NCBI GenBank assembly: GCA_031418495.1
Contig: JANOXQ010000121.1
Location: forward strand, 1,858 to 65,857
Length of the DNA: 64,000 nucleotides
Direction: 5' to 3'
DNA from: Sphingomonadales bacterium
GTDB lineage: Bacteria; Pseudomonadota; Alphaproteobacteria; Sphingomonadales; Sphingomonadaceae
The translations under genes were made by a program, and so were the position numbers. The notes under the pieces are model-generated. The model was not told the DNA's origin. It saw nothing but the letters and a program-made list of their open reading frames with translations, and made no database searches. Shown here piece after piece: positions 1-9,965 of the stretch. Each line of letters opens with the position of its first letter. The first letter of the stretch is position 1.

Positions 1-1
1 T

Positions 2-415
2 CCGCACAATGTCGGCGCTGTGCTGCGTTCAGCCGCCGCTTTTGATGCCATCGCGATTGTGACGCAGGATCGCCATTCGCCCCCTGAATCGGGCACGATT
101 GCACGTGCGGCCTCGGGTATGCTTGAGATTGTGCCGTGGGTACGCGTCGTTAATCTTTCGCGCGCGCTTGATGAAATTGGTGAGGCTGGCTTTTGGCGGA
201 TTGGCCTTGCTGGCGAAGCGCGCGATACGCTTGAGGATGCGATGGGCACGTCGAAAATCGCGCTCGTGCTCGGGGCCGAAGGCGAAGGAATGCGTCAGAA
301 TACGACCGCACACTGTGATACCATAGCGCGTCTACCAATCAGCAAACAGGTCGAGAGCCTCAACGTCTCAAATGCCGCCGCCATCGCACTTTATGCCATC
401 GCCACGCGCAAATAG
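2..415 (+). CDS. rlmB: 23S rRNA (guanosine-2'-O)-methyltransferase RlmB, 5' part outside window
   Basis: SpoU/TrmH motifs PHNVGAVLRSA, LVLGAEGEGMR and ESLNVSNAAA; the frame is open from the window edge. Confidence 0.9.
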   Translation, partial: PHNVGAVLRSAAAFDAIAIVTQDRHSPPESGTIARAASGMLEIVPWVRVVNLSRALDEIGEAGFWRIGLAGEARDTLEDAMGTSKIALVLGAEGEGMRQNTTAHCDTIARLPISKQVESLNVSNAAAIALYAIATRK

Positions 416-418
416 GGC

Positions 419-1492
419 TCAGAAAAACAGGCCGTCGTCCTGCTTCACATCCCTATCGTTAGCGCAGCTTTCGATCAGCGCGCGCCACTGCTGCGGGGTG
501 ATTGAAGCGGTGTAGGCCGCTTTGGGATTGGCACTTTTGCGGAACATCGCTTCGCGGTTTTGCGATAGCGGATGGCTTGAAAGATACCCGAGCGCGGCGG
601 CTGCCTTGCCAAGCGCTTTTTCACCCTCCGCCAATCGCGCGAAAAATCCGGCGGTGTCATTGGGCGAAACATTTGCGCGCTTCATCAGGCCAATCGAAAA
701 TGCGTCAGCTTCCGCCTCTGCTTCGCGCGAATAGGTCGCCGAAACAAGCGTATTGGCATAGCCGCCCGCATCGCCGCTAATCCCACCGAGCAGCAGGCTT
801 AACCCTGCTTGGCGGAGCAAAGACTGCATGACATCGCGGTTGCGGACATGGCCGATTTCATGACCGATAACGCCCGCAAGCTCATCGGGGGATTTGGCTT
901 CCTGCAACAGCCCTCGAAAGATGATGATCGTACCGCCGGGCAGCGCGACCGCGTTGACCATGTTGATGTTGGCTACGCGCACGCGCAGCTGGGTGCCAGA
1001 GGGTTCGATCCGTTTGACGATCGCGTCGAGTGCCTCTTGCCCGCCGGGGCCATTGCAAAAACGTCCGCCAAAATCCCCAACCATCGCATCGCCAAGCTGC
1101 TTTTCCCAAGATAGCGGCACCAGCGGGGCCAAGAAATCAGGCGACTTGACGATTACAAACAACGCCGCAGCCGAAAGCCCAACCGATATTATTGCCGCCG
1201 GGATCAGCCCCGCTCGGTCAATCCAACGACCGAACTTTTCAACTTTTGGCAGACGGACTTCAACTTCAGGATCAACCTCTCCATCAAACCCGATCTGCCA
1301 ACCACGCCGCCCCGTCAGGCCGTAAACGCGGGTGTTCGCGCGTTCGCTGCGAAAGACCAGATCGCTGAAGCGGTAGCGCTCACCAGTGACGCCGCCAATG
1401 TTGAGATGAAAACTCTCTCCGTCGACGATGATTTCGCCGCTCTGACGCGCGCCACTGTTACCATCAAAGTGCCAAATTCGCATCGCTGACAA
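419..1492 (-). CDS. M48 family zinc metallopeptidase
   Basis: VNAVALPGG, ELAGVIGHEIGH (HExxH), YSREAEAEAD and SHP motifs; one N-terminal TM helix; abuts the DUF898 gene. Confidence 0.9.
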   Translation of the reverse strand: MSAMRIWHFDGNSGARQSGEIIVDGESFHLNIGGVTGERYRFSDLVFRSERANTRVYGLTGRRGWQIGFDGEVDPEVEVRLPKVEKFGRWIDRAGLIPAAIISVGLSAAALFVIVKSPDFLAPLVPLSWEKQLGDAMVGDFGGRFCNGPGGQEALDAIVKRIEPSGTQLRVRVANINMVNAVALPGGTIIIFRGLLQEAKSPDELAGVIGHEIGHVRNRDVMQSLLRQAGLSLLLGGISGDAGGYANTLVSATYSREAEAEADAFSIGLMKRANVSPNDTAGFFARLAEGEKALGKAAAALGYLSSHPLSQNREAMFRKSANPKAAYTASITPQQWRALIESCANDRDVKQDDGLFF

Positions 1493-2698
1493 TTAGATCG
1501 CCCCCATATCAAATGCGTCAAGCAAGCCTTCGCCTTGCTTCAATTCACGCGTTGGTGATTGGGTGAGCGTGTCAAGATTAATCTCGCCGCCCGCTTCTAA
1601 ATGGCGGATGAAAAAGGCCCAGTTACGGTAACGGACAAACGGCCCAACGAGCATGAGTGGGATGATGAAACTGAGCACGACTAGCACGATTGTCCCAAAT
1701 CCAAGGCCGCCAAATCCGCCCGTACCAACAGCACCAAGCGCAGCGATCCCGCCAAACACGCTTGCGCCAATGAAGCCAATGATAATCGCGAGAATCGACA
1801 GTCCGAAATTACCAAGCAGCAGCAATACCCACTCCGCCGAACGCGCACCGAACGAGAATTTGAGCGTTGACAGGCCAAGCGAGCTAATCACTTCGCGTGT
1901 GTACGCCGCATAATAGATCAGTGCGAGCAATGGCAGGGCAATATAAATCACAATAAAAATAAGCGCGATGGCACCTGCCATACTGGTTGCTTCGCCTGAC
2001 GTGGCAAGGCCTGTCATACCACCCGATTTGAAGACATACCAACCGAGGAAACCAACCACGATCAACGGCATCATATAACAAAGCGCAAAGCGGACGATCA
2101 GATTTTTCCACGTTGGGTTTGATGTGAAATTGTGCGGGCCAAAGCTCATCGCCTCCCACCGCTCTTTCCACAGGGTCGTTGATGACCACGGAGTAAGCAG
2201 CCCGAGCGGCAAAGCGCCAACAATTGTTTTCCAAAAATATGACCAGCCATAAGCAAAGCCTGGGTTGTCACTGCCGCCATGAATACCGTGCCAGTAAGAT
2301 CGGCTCAGCCGATACCGCAGCCCACGAAATACCGCGAATCCAGCCAAGCACAGTAGAAAGAGATAAACGACAATCCCGGCAATGGCTGCAATCACGGTTT
2401 GATCCTGAAAAATCAGCCCTTGCGCGATTAGCTGCAAAACAAATAGTGGAATACCAAGCAAGAAAAAAGCTGCGATAAAGCCGATAAACAGTTCACCACC
2501 AGTGCCTGTCCATTCAAGCTGATCATCGATAAAGCGCGTTTTGCTCCAAAGATAGCGCCGTTCGCGCGTGGTCGCCCAGAATCTGTAAAAACCAAGAGTA
2601 ACAAAGGTTAAAAATGCATTGGTTAAACCAATTGATATGAAATCCTGCCAACGGCCCTCAAATTCAAATGCCGTATTATCTTCGCCACTTATATTCAT
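1493..2698 (-). CDS. YjgN/DUF898 family inner membrane protein
   Basis: N-terminal FEFEGRWQDF..NAFLTFVTLGFYRFWA..RRYLWSKT signature; multiple TM helices; typical pairing with an M48 peptidase. Confidence 0.85.
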   Translation of the reverse strand: MNISGEDNTAFEFEGRWQDFISIGLTNAFLTFVTLGFYRFWATTRERRYLWSKTRFIDDQLEWTGTGGELFIGFIAAFFLLGIPLFVLQLIAQGLIFQDQTVIAAIAGIVVYLFLLCLAGFAVFRGLRYRLSRSYWHGIHGGSDNPGFAYGWSYFWKTIVGALPLGLLTPWSSTTLWKERWEAMSFGPHNFTSNPTWKNLIVRFALCYMMPLIVVGFLGWYVFKSGGMTGLATSGEATSMAGAIALIFIVIYIALPLLALIYYAAYTREVISSLGLSTLKFSFGARSAEWVLLLLGNFGLSILAIIIGFIGASVFGGIAALGAVGTGGFGGLGFGTIVLVVLSFIIPLMLVGPFVRYRNWAFFIRHLEAGGEINLDTLTQSPTRELKQGEGLLDAFDMGAI

Positions 2699-2750
2699 CG
2701 ACTTCTTCCCCCATGAATATTAGCGTTCTTTTCAGGAAAGAGTGACTGGG

Positions 2751-4034
2751 TCAAGCCCTGCTTGTTGGGGCGTGAGGTGGTTCTATTTCAGGAGGTTCGG
2801 GTGCATCAAGTTCACCCTCCCATTTCGCAACGACTGCGGTGGCGACTGCGTTGCCGACAACATTGGTGCCTGAGCGGCCCATATCGAGGAACTGGTCGAT
2901 GGCAAGGATCAGGACAAGCCCGGCCTCTGGAATGCCGAACTGCGCCATCGTCCCCGAAATCACGACAAGGCTTGCGCGCGGGACAGCGGCCATGCCTTTT
3001 GACGTGAGCATCAACGTCAGGAACATCGCGACCTGCTGACCAAAGCTCAGCTCAATCCCGTAAAGCTGCGCGATGAACAGTGTCGCAAAGGTCATGTACA
3101 TCATTGAACCGTCGAGATTGAACGAGTAGCCGAGCGGAAGGACAAAGCTGCCGATCTTTGGCGGCACCCCGAAACGGTCAAGCGCCTCAAGCGTGCGCGG
3201 ATAGGCAGCCTCTGACGATGCGGTTGAGAAAGCGAGCAGGATTGGCTCACGAATGTAGCGGATCAAAGTCCCCGCGCGCTTCCCGATCACGAGGAATGCG
3301 GCCAAGAACAGCACGAGCCACAGCACGAGTAGCCCGAAATAGAAGGTGCCGATGAACCAAGCAAACGTGCCAAGGATACCAAGCCCATTGACCGCGATTA
3401 CCTTCGCCATTGCAGCAAACACCGCAAGCGGCGACATCCGCATGACATAGTTGGTAACCTGAAGCATGACATCGACGAGCGCATCAACGCCCTTGACGAT
3501 TGGCGTGGCTTTTTCGCCAACCGCCGTCATCGCGACGCCGAAGAACAGTGAGAAAATCACGATCTGGAGCAGCGTATTATTCGCCATCCCTTCAAAGATT
3601 GATTTGGGGAACATCTCCGAAATGATCGTGAAAATATCACTCGACGGCTTGGCGATCCCTGCGGTTGCGTCTGCCGGTGGCAGGACAAAACTGGTGCCAA
3701 TGCCGGGGTGCAGCAGATTGACGAGGATCATACCAAGCGTCAGCGAAACAATCGTTGCGCCGATGAACCATGTCATCGTTTTGAGGCCAACGCGGCCAAG
3801 GCTTGCGGTATCGCCCATGTGGACAATGCCCGAAACGAGTGTTGCAAACACCAGCGGCGCGATGATCATCTTGATCAGGCGGAGGAAGATATCGGTAACG
3901 AGCTTGAACCATTTGCTGATCGCTTCAATCGTGCCGGGATCAGTGATCGTCGCGTGGAGAATCGCGCCAACGACAATGCCGAAAACAAGCCCGATCATGA
4001 TATATAGCGTCAGGCGTTTGGCCACGGGCAGCAT
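2751..4034 (-). CDS. dicarboxylate/amino acid:cation symporter (DAACS, GltP/DctA family)
   Basis: FLRLIKMIIAPLVF, AFSTASSEA, LPLGYSFNLDG and DMGRSGTNVVGN motifs. Confidence 0.92.
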   Translation of the reverse strand: MLPVAKRLTLYIMIGLVFGIVVGAILHATITDPGTIEAISKWFKLVTDIFLRLIKMIIAPLVFATLVSGIVHMGDTASLGRVGLKTMTWFIGATIVSLTLGMILVNLLHPGIGTSFVLPPADATAGIAKPSSDIFTIISEMFPKSIFEGMANNTLLQIVIFSLFFGVAMTAVGEKATPIVKGVDALVDVMLQVTNYVMRMSPLAVFAAMAKVIAVNGLGILGTFAWFIGTFYFGLLVLWLVLFLAAFLVIGKRAGTLIRYIREPILLAFSTASSEAAYPRTLEALDRFGVPPKIGSFVLPLGYSFNLDGSMMYMTFATLFIAQLYGIELSFGQQVAMFLTLMLTSKGMAAVPRASLVVISGTMAQFGIPEAGLVLILAIDQFLDMGRSGTNVVGNAVATAVVAKWEGELDAPEPPEIEPPHAPTSRA

Positions 4035-4106
4035 CCTTTGTTGGTTTTGCCATTATTGGCTTTTGGGGAAATGACGCGATGTATAGCGATCCGTCAAGCC
4101 GCTTGG

Positions 4107-5639
4107 TTACACAAGTTTCAATTTGCGCGCGGCTTTACCGAGCGTTTTGCGATCCTCGAACGGCAATGCAAAGCGCGCGCAGAGCCAAAGTGCCGCAAGT
4201 TGCACGATCATTACGGCGGGCAATTCGAACAATGTCGGCAATTGTAGCGTAAGGTGCGCGACAATCACCGCTCCCGCCGAAATCAGCAGCGATTTGGTCA
4301 TCACGCCGACAAAAGGCGACGCAAAGGGGTGGAGCCGGTCAAGAATATGCAATTGCCACAGCGGGACAAGCGCTGAGATCGCAACGCCAGCGCCAACCGC
4401 AAGCGCCATTCCAGTAAGACCCCATTCGGGCATGAGGGCAAAGACGATTACAGTCGCGACGCCAAGCCCGACGACGCTGCCAACCAATTGGCTGCGGAAA
4501 CCGGCCGTGACTTGCTGGATTGGCCCGGCACTGCCGATCACCGCCTCAATAATCCGCGCTACGGTGAGGATGATCAGTGCGGGCAGAGCAACGCCTGCAT
4601 CGGTGCCAAATGCGCGCAGTACCGCAGGCCCGCCGCCGATGATCACCGCGCCAATCGGCAGCGCGAGCGCGAATGATAGCCGCGTGACAAAGCCGTAAAT
4701 CGTCCGCACTTCATCCTCAGCGCCTTGACTCGCCGAAGAGGCAAGCGGGGCGAGGACATAACCAAAGGCTTGGCGGACAAGCTGAACAATGCTCGAAACC
4801 TTACGCGCGATCACATATAATGCAGCCGATACTGCCCCCGCCGCGCCGGGCAACAGCCAATTAAGCAGCAATGCCGGGCCATCGGTAAACGAACGCGCCA
4901 CGACATTGCCGGGCAGCACCGCCAGCCCTGATTTGAGCATATTCGCAGTAATTTCAGGCTTGTGCGACCTTCGCAGCAACAGCCGCAGATCAAAATAGCC
5001 GCTGAGCAAGCGCACTGCGAGAATGCAGATCAGGAACAGCGAGATGATATGCGCATAAAGCAGCGCAATCGTGCCAAAGCCTGCGAAGAAGAATAAAACC
5101 GCGATCGCCAGCCGGATCAACTGTTCCCATACCAACCGCAACCGGATTTCGGCGCCAAACATCCGCTTTGATCGCAGCGCTGCGGTCGAAACTTCGGCGA
5201 ATGCCCAAAGTGGCAACGTCCAGACATAGATCGCAATCGCGTGGACGAGAATATCTGCATCCGCATCGGCCACATTGAACAGCGGCGCAATCATTGGCGC
5301 GCAGAGTGATGCGATCAGCGCGATTATGATCGATGGTGTGACGCCAATAATGAGCGCCGCACGGAGCGCTGCCGTTTCATCCTGCGGCGTCCCGCTTTGG
5401 GGCACAACACGCTGCAATGCGGCGGGCATTCCAAGGTCAGCGATATTCTCAACCAGCGTCACCACCGCCCACAGCACAGCATAGAGACCATAACCCGCAA
5501 GGCCAAACATCAGGACATAAAGCGGCTGCGAAACCACCTCAAATACAGCCCCAAGCCGCGCAAGCACGGTGGTTCCAGCACCTTTGGCAAAATCACGATT
5601 GGTTACCGGGGTTGGAGTGTTGGCGGGCGTTTCGGTCAT
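4107..5639 (-). CDS. oligosaccharide flippase / polysaccharide biosynthesis (MOP superfamily) membrane protein
   Basis: 510-aa polytopic protein; start RDFAKGAGTTVLARL..YGLYAVLWAVV..ADLGM is typical of Wzx-like flippases. Confidence 0.7.
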   Translation of the reverse strand: MTETPANTPTPVTNRDFAKGAGTTVLARLGAVFEVVSQPLYVLMFGLAGYGLYAVLWAVVTLVENIADLGMPAALQRVVPQSGTPQDETAALRAALIIGVTPSIIIALIASLCAPMIAPLFNVADADADILVHAIAIYVWTLPLWAFAEVSTAALRSKRMFGAEIRLRLVWEQLIRLAIAVLFFFAGFGTIALLYAHIISLFLICILAVRLLSGYFDLRLLLRRSHKPEITANMLKSGLAVLPGNVVARSFTDGPALLLNWLLPGAAGAVSAALYVIARKVSSIVQLVRQAFGYVLAPLASSASQGAEDEVRTIYGFVTRLSFALALPIGAVIIGGGPAVLRAFGTDAGVALPALIILTVARIIEAVIGSAGPIQQVTAGFRSQLVGSVVGLGVATVIVFALMPEWGLTGMALAVGAGVAISALVPLWQLHILDRLHPFASPFVGVMTKSLLISAGAVIVAHLTLQLPTLFELPAVMIVQLAALWLCARFALPFEDRKTLGKAARKLKLV

Positions 5640-5757
5640 TATTCGGCCTCCATAGGAGATTCCCCGTAGCCAAGCGAAGCAAATTCATCATTTGGATGGT
5701 TGAGCCGCGCGCCGCATCGCGCTATCGATACTTTCACGTTTTGCACGAGGGGCAATC

Positions 5758-6537
5758 ATGGCCGAATTTACACTTCCCAAAAACAGCGTTGTGAAAAAGG
5801 GCAAGGCCCATTCATCGACAACCAGCGGGCGGATCAAGAAATTCAAAGTCTATCGCTATGACCCCGATAGCGGCGAAAACCCACGCTATGACAATTTTGA
5901 AGTTGATCTCGACACATGCGGGCCAATGGTGCTTGATGCACTAATCAAGATGAAGAGCGAGCAAGACCCAAGCCTCACCTTCCGCCGGTCATGCCGCGAA
6001 GGGATTTGCGGTTCCTGCTCAATGAACATTGATGGCACCAACACGCTTGCCTGCACTAAGGCGATTGAGGATGTGAAGGGCGATATTCGTATTACGCCTT
6101 TGCCGCATATGGATGTGATCAAGGATTTGGTGCCCGACTTTACCCATTTCTACGCGCAATATGCCAGTATAAAGCCGTGGCTGCAAACGGTGACGCCGTC
6201 ACCTTCGGGCAAGGAGCGGCTCCAGTCGCCTGAAGATCGCGCCAAACTTGATGGGCTATATGAGTGCATCCTGTGCGCGTGTTGCTCAACCAGCTGCCCG
6301 AGTTATTGGTGGAATTCAGACAAGTTCCTTGGGCCGGCGATCCTGCTTCAGGCCTACCGCTGGCTCGCCGATAGCCGTGATGAAATGACCGGAGAGCGGC
6401 TTGATGAGCTTGAAGATCCGTTCCGACTGTACCGCTGCCACACGATTATGAATTGCTCAAACGTCTGCCCCAAAGGGCTTTCACCGGGCAAGGCAATTGC
6501 CGAAGTTAAGAAAATGGTGGTCGAGCGCCAGATTTGA
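5758..6537 (+). CDS. sdhB: succinate dehydrogenase iron-sulfur subunit
   Basis: [22 protein letters not shown] and [12 protein letters not shown] Fe-S motifs. Confidence 0.97.
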   Translation: MAEFTLPKNSVVKKGKAHSSTTSGRIKKFKVYRYDPDSGENPRYDNFEVDLDTCGPMVLDALIKMKSEQDPSLTFRRSCREGICGSCSMNIDGTNTLACTKAIEDVKGDIRITPLPHMDVIKDLVPDFTHFYAQYASIKPWLQTVTPSPSGKERLQSPEDRAKLDGLYECILCACCSTSCPSYWWNSDKFLGPAILLQAYRWLADSRDEMTGERLDELEDPFRLYRCHTIMNCSNVCPKGLSPGKAIAEVKKMVVERQI

Positions 6538-7004
6538 GTTCGGTGACGCAAGACAATCAAACGGGCTTCATCAGCGAACCCGATCCCGAAAACCCCGGTT
6601 GGTTTACGTGGAAGCTGCGCGATGATCGGCGCTATAACAGCCAAGTGCTTGGCAAGATGCTTGTCTGCACGGACGGTGAAGGCCGCGCGCGGCTGCGGAT
6701 GTTTCCAACGATGCGCCATTCAAACCTTGGCAATAATGTCCACGGGGGCACGACGCTTGGCTTTATTGATGTCGCGCTGTTTGGTGCCGCGCGGACGTTT
6801 GGCTTGATTGAGGCGGGGACGGCGGTCACACTTGATCTTTCGGTGCAATTTCTCGGGGCGGGTGCGGTTGATATCCCGCTTGATGCCGAGGTTGAGCTGT
6901 TGCGCGAAACCAAGCGGCTACTGTTCCTGCGCGGGCTCGTGGTTCAGAGCGATAACCGAATCGCCGCGTTCGCTGGCACGATCCGCAAACCGACAGCACG
7001 CTGA
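6534..7004 (+). CDS. PaaI family hotdog-fold thioesterase
   Basis: [15 protein letters not shown] motif; overlaps the sdhB stop. Confidence 0.85.
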   Translation: MSSVTQDNQTGFISEPDPENPGWFTWKLRDDRRYNSQVLGKMLVCTDGEGRARLRMFPTMRHSNLGNNVHGGTTLGFIDVALFGAARTFGLIEAGTAVTLDLSVQFLGAGAVDIPLDAEVELLRETKRLLFLRGLVVQSDNRIAAFAGTIRKPTAR

Positions 7005-8113
7005 TGCCTACGGTTATTAAAAGATATGAGCGCCTCATCGCGGATGGCGAACTGCGCCCCGATCCTGAACAGCGCGCCGCCGCACTTCGCCTGACAGAAC
7101 TACAAGCGGCACTTGAGGCGGTGCCGCCGCGTGGCAGCCTGCTCTGGCGGCTTGGCCGAGCAAAACCACCCGCGCCAAAGGGTGTCTATATGTGGGGCGG
7201 GGTTGGTCGTGGTAAATCGATGCTGATGGATTTATTTTACAGCGTTCTTGACATCAATCGCAAACGCCGCGTCCATTTCCACGAATTCATGGCTGAGGTT
7301 CACGCCCGCCTGCGCGACGCGCGTGCGCTCGAAAAGGGCGATCCAATTCCAATCGTCGTGGCTGGCATTGCTGAGGGCGCACGCTGCCTCGCGTTCGATG
7401 AAATGGTCGTCAATAATAGTGCCGATGCAATGATCATGTCGCGGCTATTCACTGGATTGGTTGAGGCCGGGGTTACGCTTGTCACGACATCGAACCGGGC
7501 ACCATCAGAGCTTTATAAGGACGGCCTAAACCGTGAGCATTTCCTGCTGTTCATCGCACTGATTGAGGCGCGGCTTGACGTTCTTGGCCTCAATGGCCCG
7601 ACCGATTACCGCATGGAGCGGCTTAGCGGGGTGACGACTTGGCACCAGCCAATCGGCGAAGCGGCGACAACCAAGGTGCGTGAGGCGTTCTTTAAGCTGA
7701 CCGATTATTCGCCCGATGATGCCGCCAATGTCCCCGCCGAGGATTTGCCGATCAGCGGTGGACGCAGCATTCATGTGCCCAAAAGCCTAAAAGGTGTTGC
7801 GGTCTTTTCATTCAAGAAGCTGTGCGGCGAGGCGCGCGGATCGCCCGATTACCTCGCGATTGCGCGACGCTATCACACAGTGTTCCTTGTTGGCATTCCA
7901 AAACTTGGCCCCGAAAACCGTAATGAGGCCGCGCGCTTCGTGACGTTGATCGATGCGCTTTATGAACAAAAAACCAAATTCATCGCGATTGCCGATGCGC
8001 CACCCGCTGAGCTTTACGCAAGCGGCGATGGTCGGTTTGAATTTGATCGCACGATCAGCCGCCTGATGGAAATGCAAAGTCAGGACTATTTAGCCGAGGG
8101 CCACGGCGGATAG
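7004..8113 (+). CDS. zapE: cell division ATPase ZapE (AFG1 family)
   Basis: KGVYMWGGVGRGKSMLMD Walker A, LAFDEM Walker B, TSNRAPSELY and RFVTLIDALYE motifs. Confidence 0.92.
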   Translation: MPTVIKRYERLIADGELRPDPEQRAAALRLTELQAALEAVPPRGSLLWRLGRAKPPAPKGVYMWGGVGRGKSMLMDLFYSVLDINRKRRVHFHEFMAEVHARLRDARALEKGDPIPIVVAGIAEGARCLAFDEMVVNNSADAMIMSRLFTGLVEAGVTLVTTSNRAPSELYKDGLNREHFLLFIALIEARLDVLGLNGPTDYRMERLSGVTTWHQPIGEAATTKVREAFFKLTDYSPDDAANVPAEDLPISGGRSIHVPKSLKGVAVFSFKKLCGEARGSPDYLAIARRYHTVFLVGIPKLGPENRNEAARFVTLIDALYEQKTKFIAIADAPPAELYASGDGRFEFDRTISRLMEMQSQDYLAEGHGG

Positions 8114-8135
8114 TTTTTGTATTTTTTCTGTAATC

Positions 8136-8150
8136 TAGTCGAATCGATTA
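8136..8150. promoter_or_regulatory. palindromic candidate operator TAGTC-N5-GATTA upstream of the first DUF6973-like gene
   Basis: The same TARTC-N5-GAYTA pattern recurs twice upstream of the paralogous gene (9054-9068, 9075-9089). Confidence 0.45.
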
Positions 8151-8201
8151 TGGTCAGCCTGCGACTCATATATTATCATGGCCACGCAAGAGGACTGGCT
8201 T

Positions 8202-9056
8202 ATGAGTACGCTCAATATCATTGCATCGCTTTCCGGGCCGGCTGCGGCACAATTGGCGAGTTTACGCCCCGCGACTCAAGGGGGTGACGGCGCGAAGCCA
8301 TCGCTTGACCGGGTGATCCAAAATTATGTCGCGCTGAAGCAAGGTGGGGCAGGCCAAGTAACCATTAATACACTGGTCACCCTGCTCATCAATACGCGCG
8401 GCGTACCGGGCCTTCAGAAATTCATGACGATTTATAATGAAGCCTATGCCACATCGGCCAATCGTAACCGCGCACCAACCCAGATTCCGGCCAATGTTGA
8501 GGCCAAGATCCAAAGCCTGCCAGAGGCAACGCAACAGCAGGATGCGCGCGTCGCTTGGCCGCGTAATGATGGGCATATTGACGCCTTTCGCCACGCCTAT
8601 TGCAGTGCGCGTTTAACCTGCGAATTTGGTGGCGCATGGGCCGAACAATTTGCCAGCGCGCATGAAGGCAATGATCCCGGCAACCGAAAAACCGGCGGGA
8701 TGGATCTCCACAATAATCATGTTGGCTGCCGGATTGGGCTTGCCAATCCGGGTGCAACGCCCGCACAACTCGCCGATCTTGTGAAGGCCGCACTTGAGCG
8801 CGGCGAACTTGTCGTGGTTGATCGCAGTGGTGAGCTTAACTGGAGCAATCAAGTGCCGATTGGTCATCACGGCGTCCCAATCCCCTATATGAATATGCCA
8901 ATTGCGCCCGGTGAATGGATTTGCCCGATTGGCTGTAATTTTCGGAAAAGTGCTGGCTGCAACAGCGCGATGACATGCCCGCTCGGCTCAATGCTTGGCG
9001 AGGAAGGGTTGGCGACTTGCCAAGCTCCGCGCGTCGATGCGGCGGAACCCATCTAG
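8202..9056 (+). CDS. DUF6973-like protein A (candidate effector) with a Cys-rich C-terminal tail
   Basis: DAFRHAY..FASAHEG..MDLHNNHVG motif. Start moved from ORF-track 8178 to ATG 8202, which follows AGAGGA. Clearly paralogous to 9146-9937. Confidence 0.7.
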   Translation: MSTLNIIASLSGPAAAQLASLRPATQGGDGAKPSLDRVIQNYVALKQGGAGQVTINTLVTLLINTRGVPGLQKFMTIYNEAYATSANRNRAPTQIPANVEAKIQSLPEATQQQDARVAWPRNDGHIDAFRHAYCSARLTCEFGGAWAEQFASAHEGNDPGNRKTGGMDLHNNHVGCRIGLANPGATPAQLADLVKAALERGELVVVDRSGELNWSNQVPIGHHGVPIPYMNMPIAPGEWICPIGCNFRKSAGCNSAMTCPLGSMLGEEGLATCQAPRVDAAEPI

Positions 9057-9089
9057 TCATTTCGACTAGTTTTCTAATCGAAACGACTA
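9054..9089. promoter_or_regulatory. two tandem TARTC-N5-GAYTA palindromes upstream of the second DUF6973-like gene
   Basis: TAGTCATTTCGACTA (9054-9068) and TAATCGAAACGACTA (9075-9089). Confidence 0.45.
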
Positions 9090-9145
9090 TTTTCACTGGC
9101 GTATGATTCCTGCATTGCTGGGCATCAAAGAACAGGAGTCGCACC

Positions 9146-9937
9146 GTGTCTGGATCAACCTCATTCGTCGCTAGAGCCCCAAGCCCCACATTGACGCTCA
9201 TCAGCGATGCCGCGCTCGCCCAATCGCGCAAGCCAACGCTCAATTCTATCGAACGTAATTATCAGGTGAAAGAGGAAGCCAGCAAGGATTGGAGCCCGAA
9301 ACTGTTTGGGTCAATTCCTGTCGGGGAGATTGGTGGGAAGGTTAAACTAACCCTCACTGAGGGTAAGTTGCTTGATAATCTCACAAGAGATCGCGGTATA
9401 TTGGGTTTGCGGGAGTTCAAAGGCATTGCAGAAGATGCTTTCGCAACATCTGAGGCACGAGTTCCGCCTTCAACAGCAATCCCAACCGATGTTATGGCAA
9501 AGATCAACGCACTCCCTACAGCCAAAGCGCGAGAAGACGCGATTAAGGGTTGGCCAACCAACGACGGACATACCGACGCATTTCGCCATGCTTATTGGAA
9601 TGCACGTATGACTTCAGAATTTGGTGCCGAGTGGACGCGCCAATTTGCAACTGCCCATGAGGGTGCCAATACAGATAGTTCAACACGAGAAGCTATGGAT
9701 CTTTATAATAATGAAATTGGCAGGCAGATTGCAATTGGCAATCCAAATGCCTCACTTAAAGAGCTTGCAGATTTGGTCAAAAAAGCTCTTGATAATGGTG
9801 ATTTGGTTGTGGTTGATGGCAGTGGGCATCTAAATTGGAGCAACAAAGTTGCAAACGGCAATCACGGCGTTACTATACAGCTAAATAATGTACCTGCAGC
9901 TTTGAACACACCATCGGGGAATGCTCCAGCTTCATAG
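9146..9937 (+). CDS. DUF6973-like protein B (candidate periplasm-acting toxin)
   Basis: DAFRHAYWNA..FATAHEG..EAMDLYNNEIGR motif; GTG start after AGGAG; no signal peptide; followed directly by a small lipoprotein. Confidence 0.75.
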   Translation: MSGSTSFVARAPSPTLTLISDAALAQSRKPTLNSIERNYQVKEEASKDWSPKLFGSIPVGEIGGKVKLTLTEGKLLDNLTRDRGILGLREFKGIAEDAFATSEARVPPSTAIPTDVMAKINALPTAKAREDAIKGWPTNDGHTDAFRHAYWNARMTSEFGAEWTRQFATAHEGANTDSSTREAMDLYNNEIGRQIAIGNPNASLKELADLVKKALDNGDLVVVDGSGHLNWSNKVANGNHGVTIQLNNVPAALNTPSGNAPAS

Positions 9938-9965
9938 TTCTGGGACTGACAGGAGATTTTAACGA

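Noticed and set aside
5758-6537. sdhB separated from sdhCDA as a novel arrangement
   Set aside because: I recall split sdh operons in sphingomonads, and the rest of the genome is not visible; not enough to call unusual.
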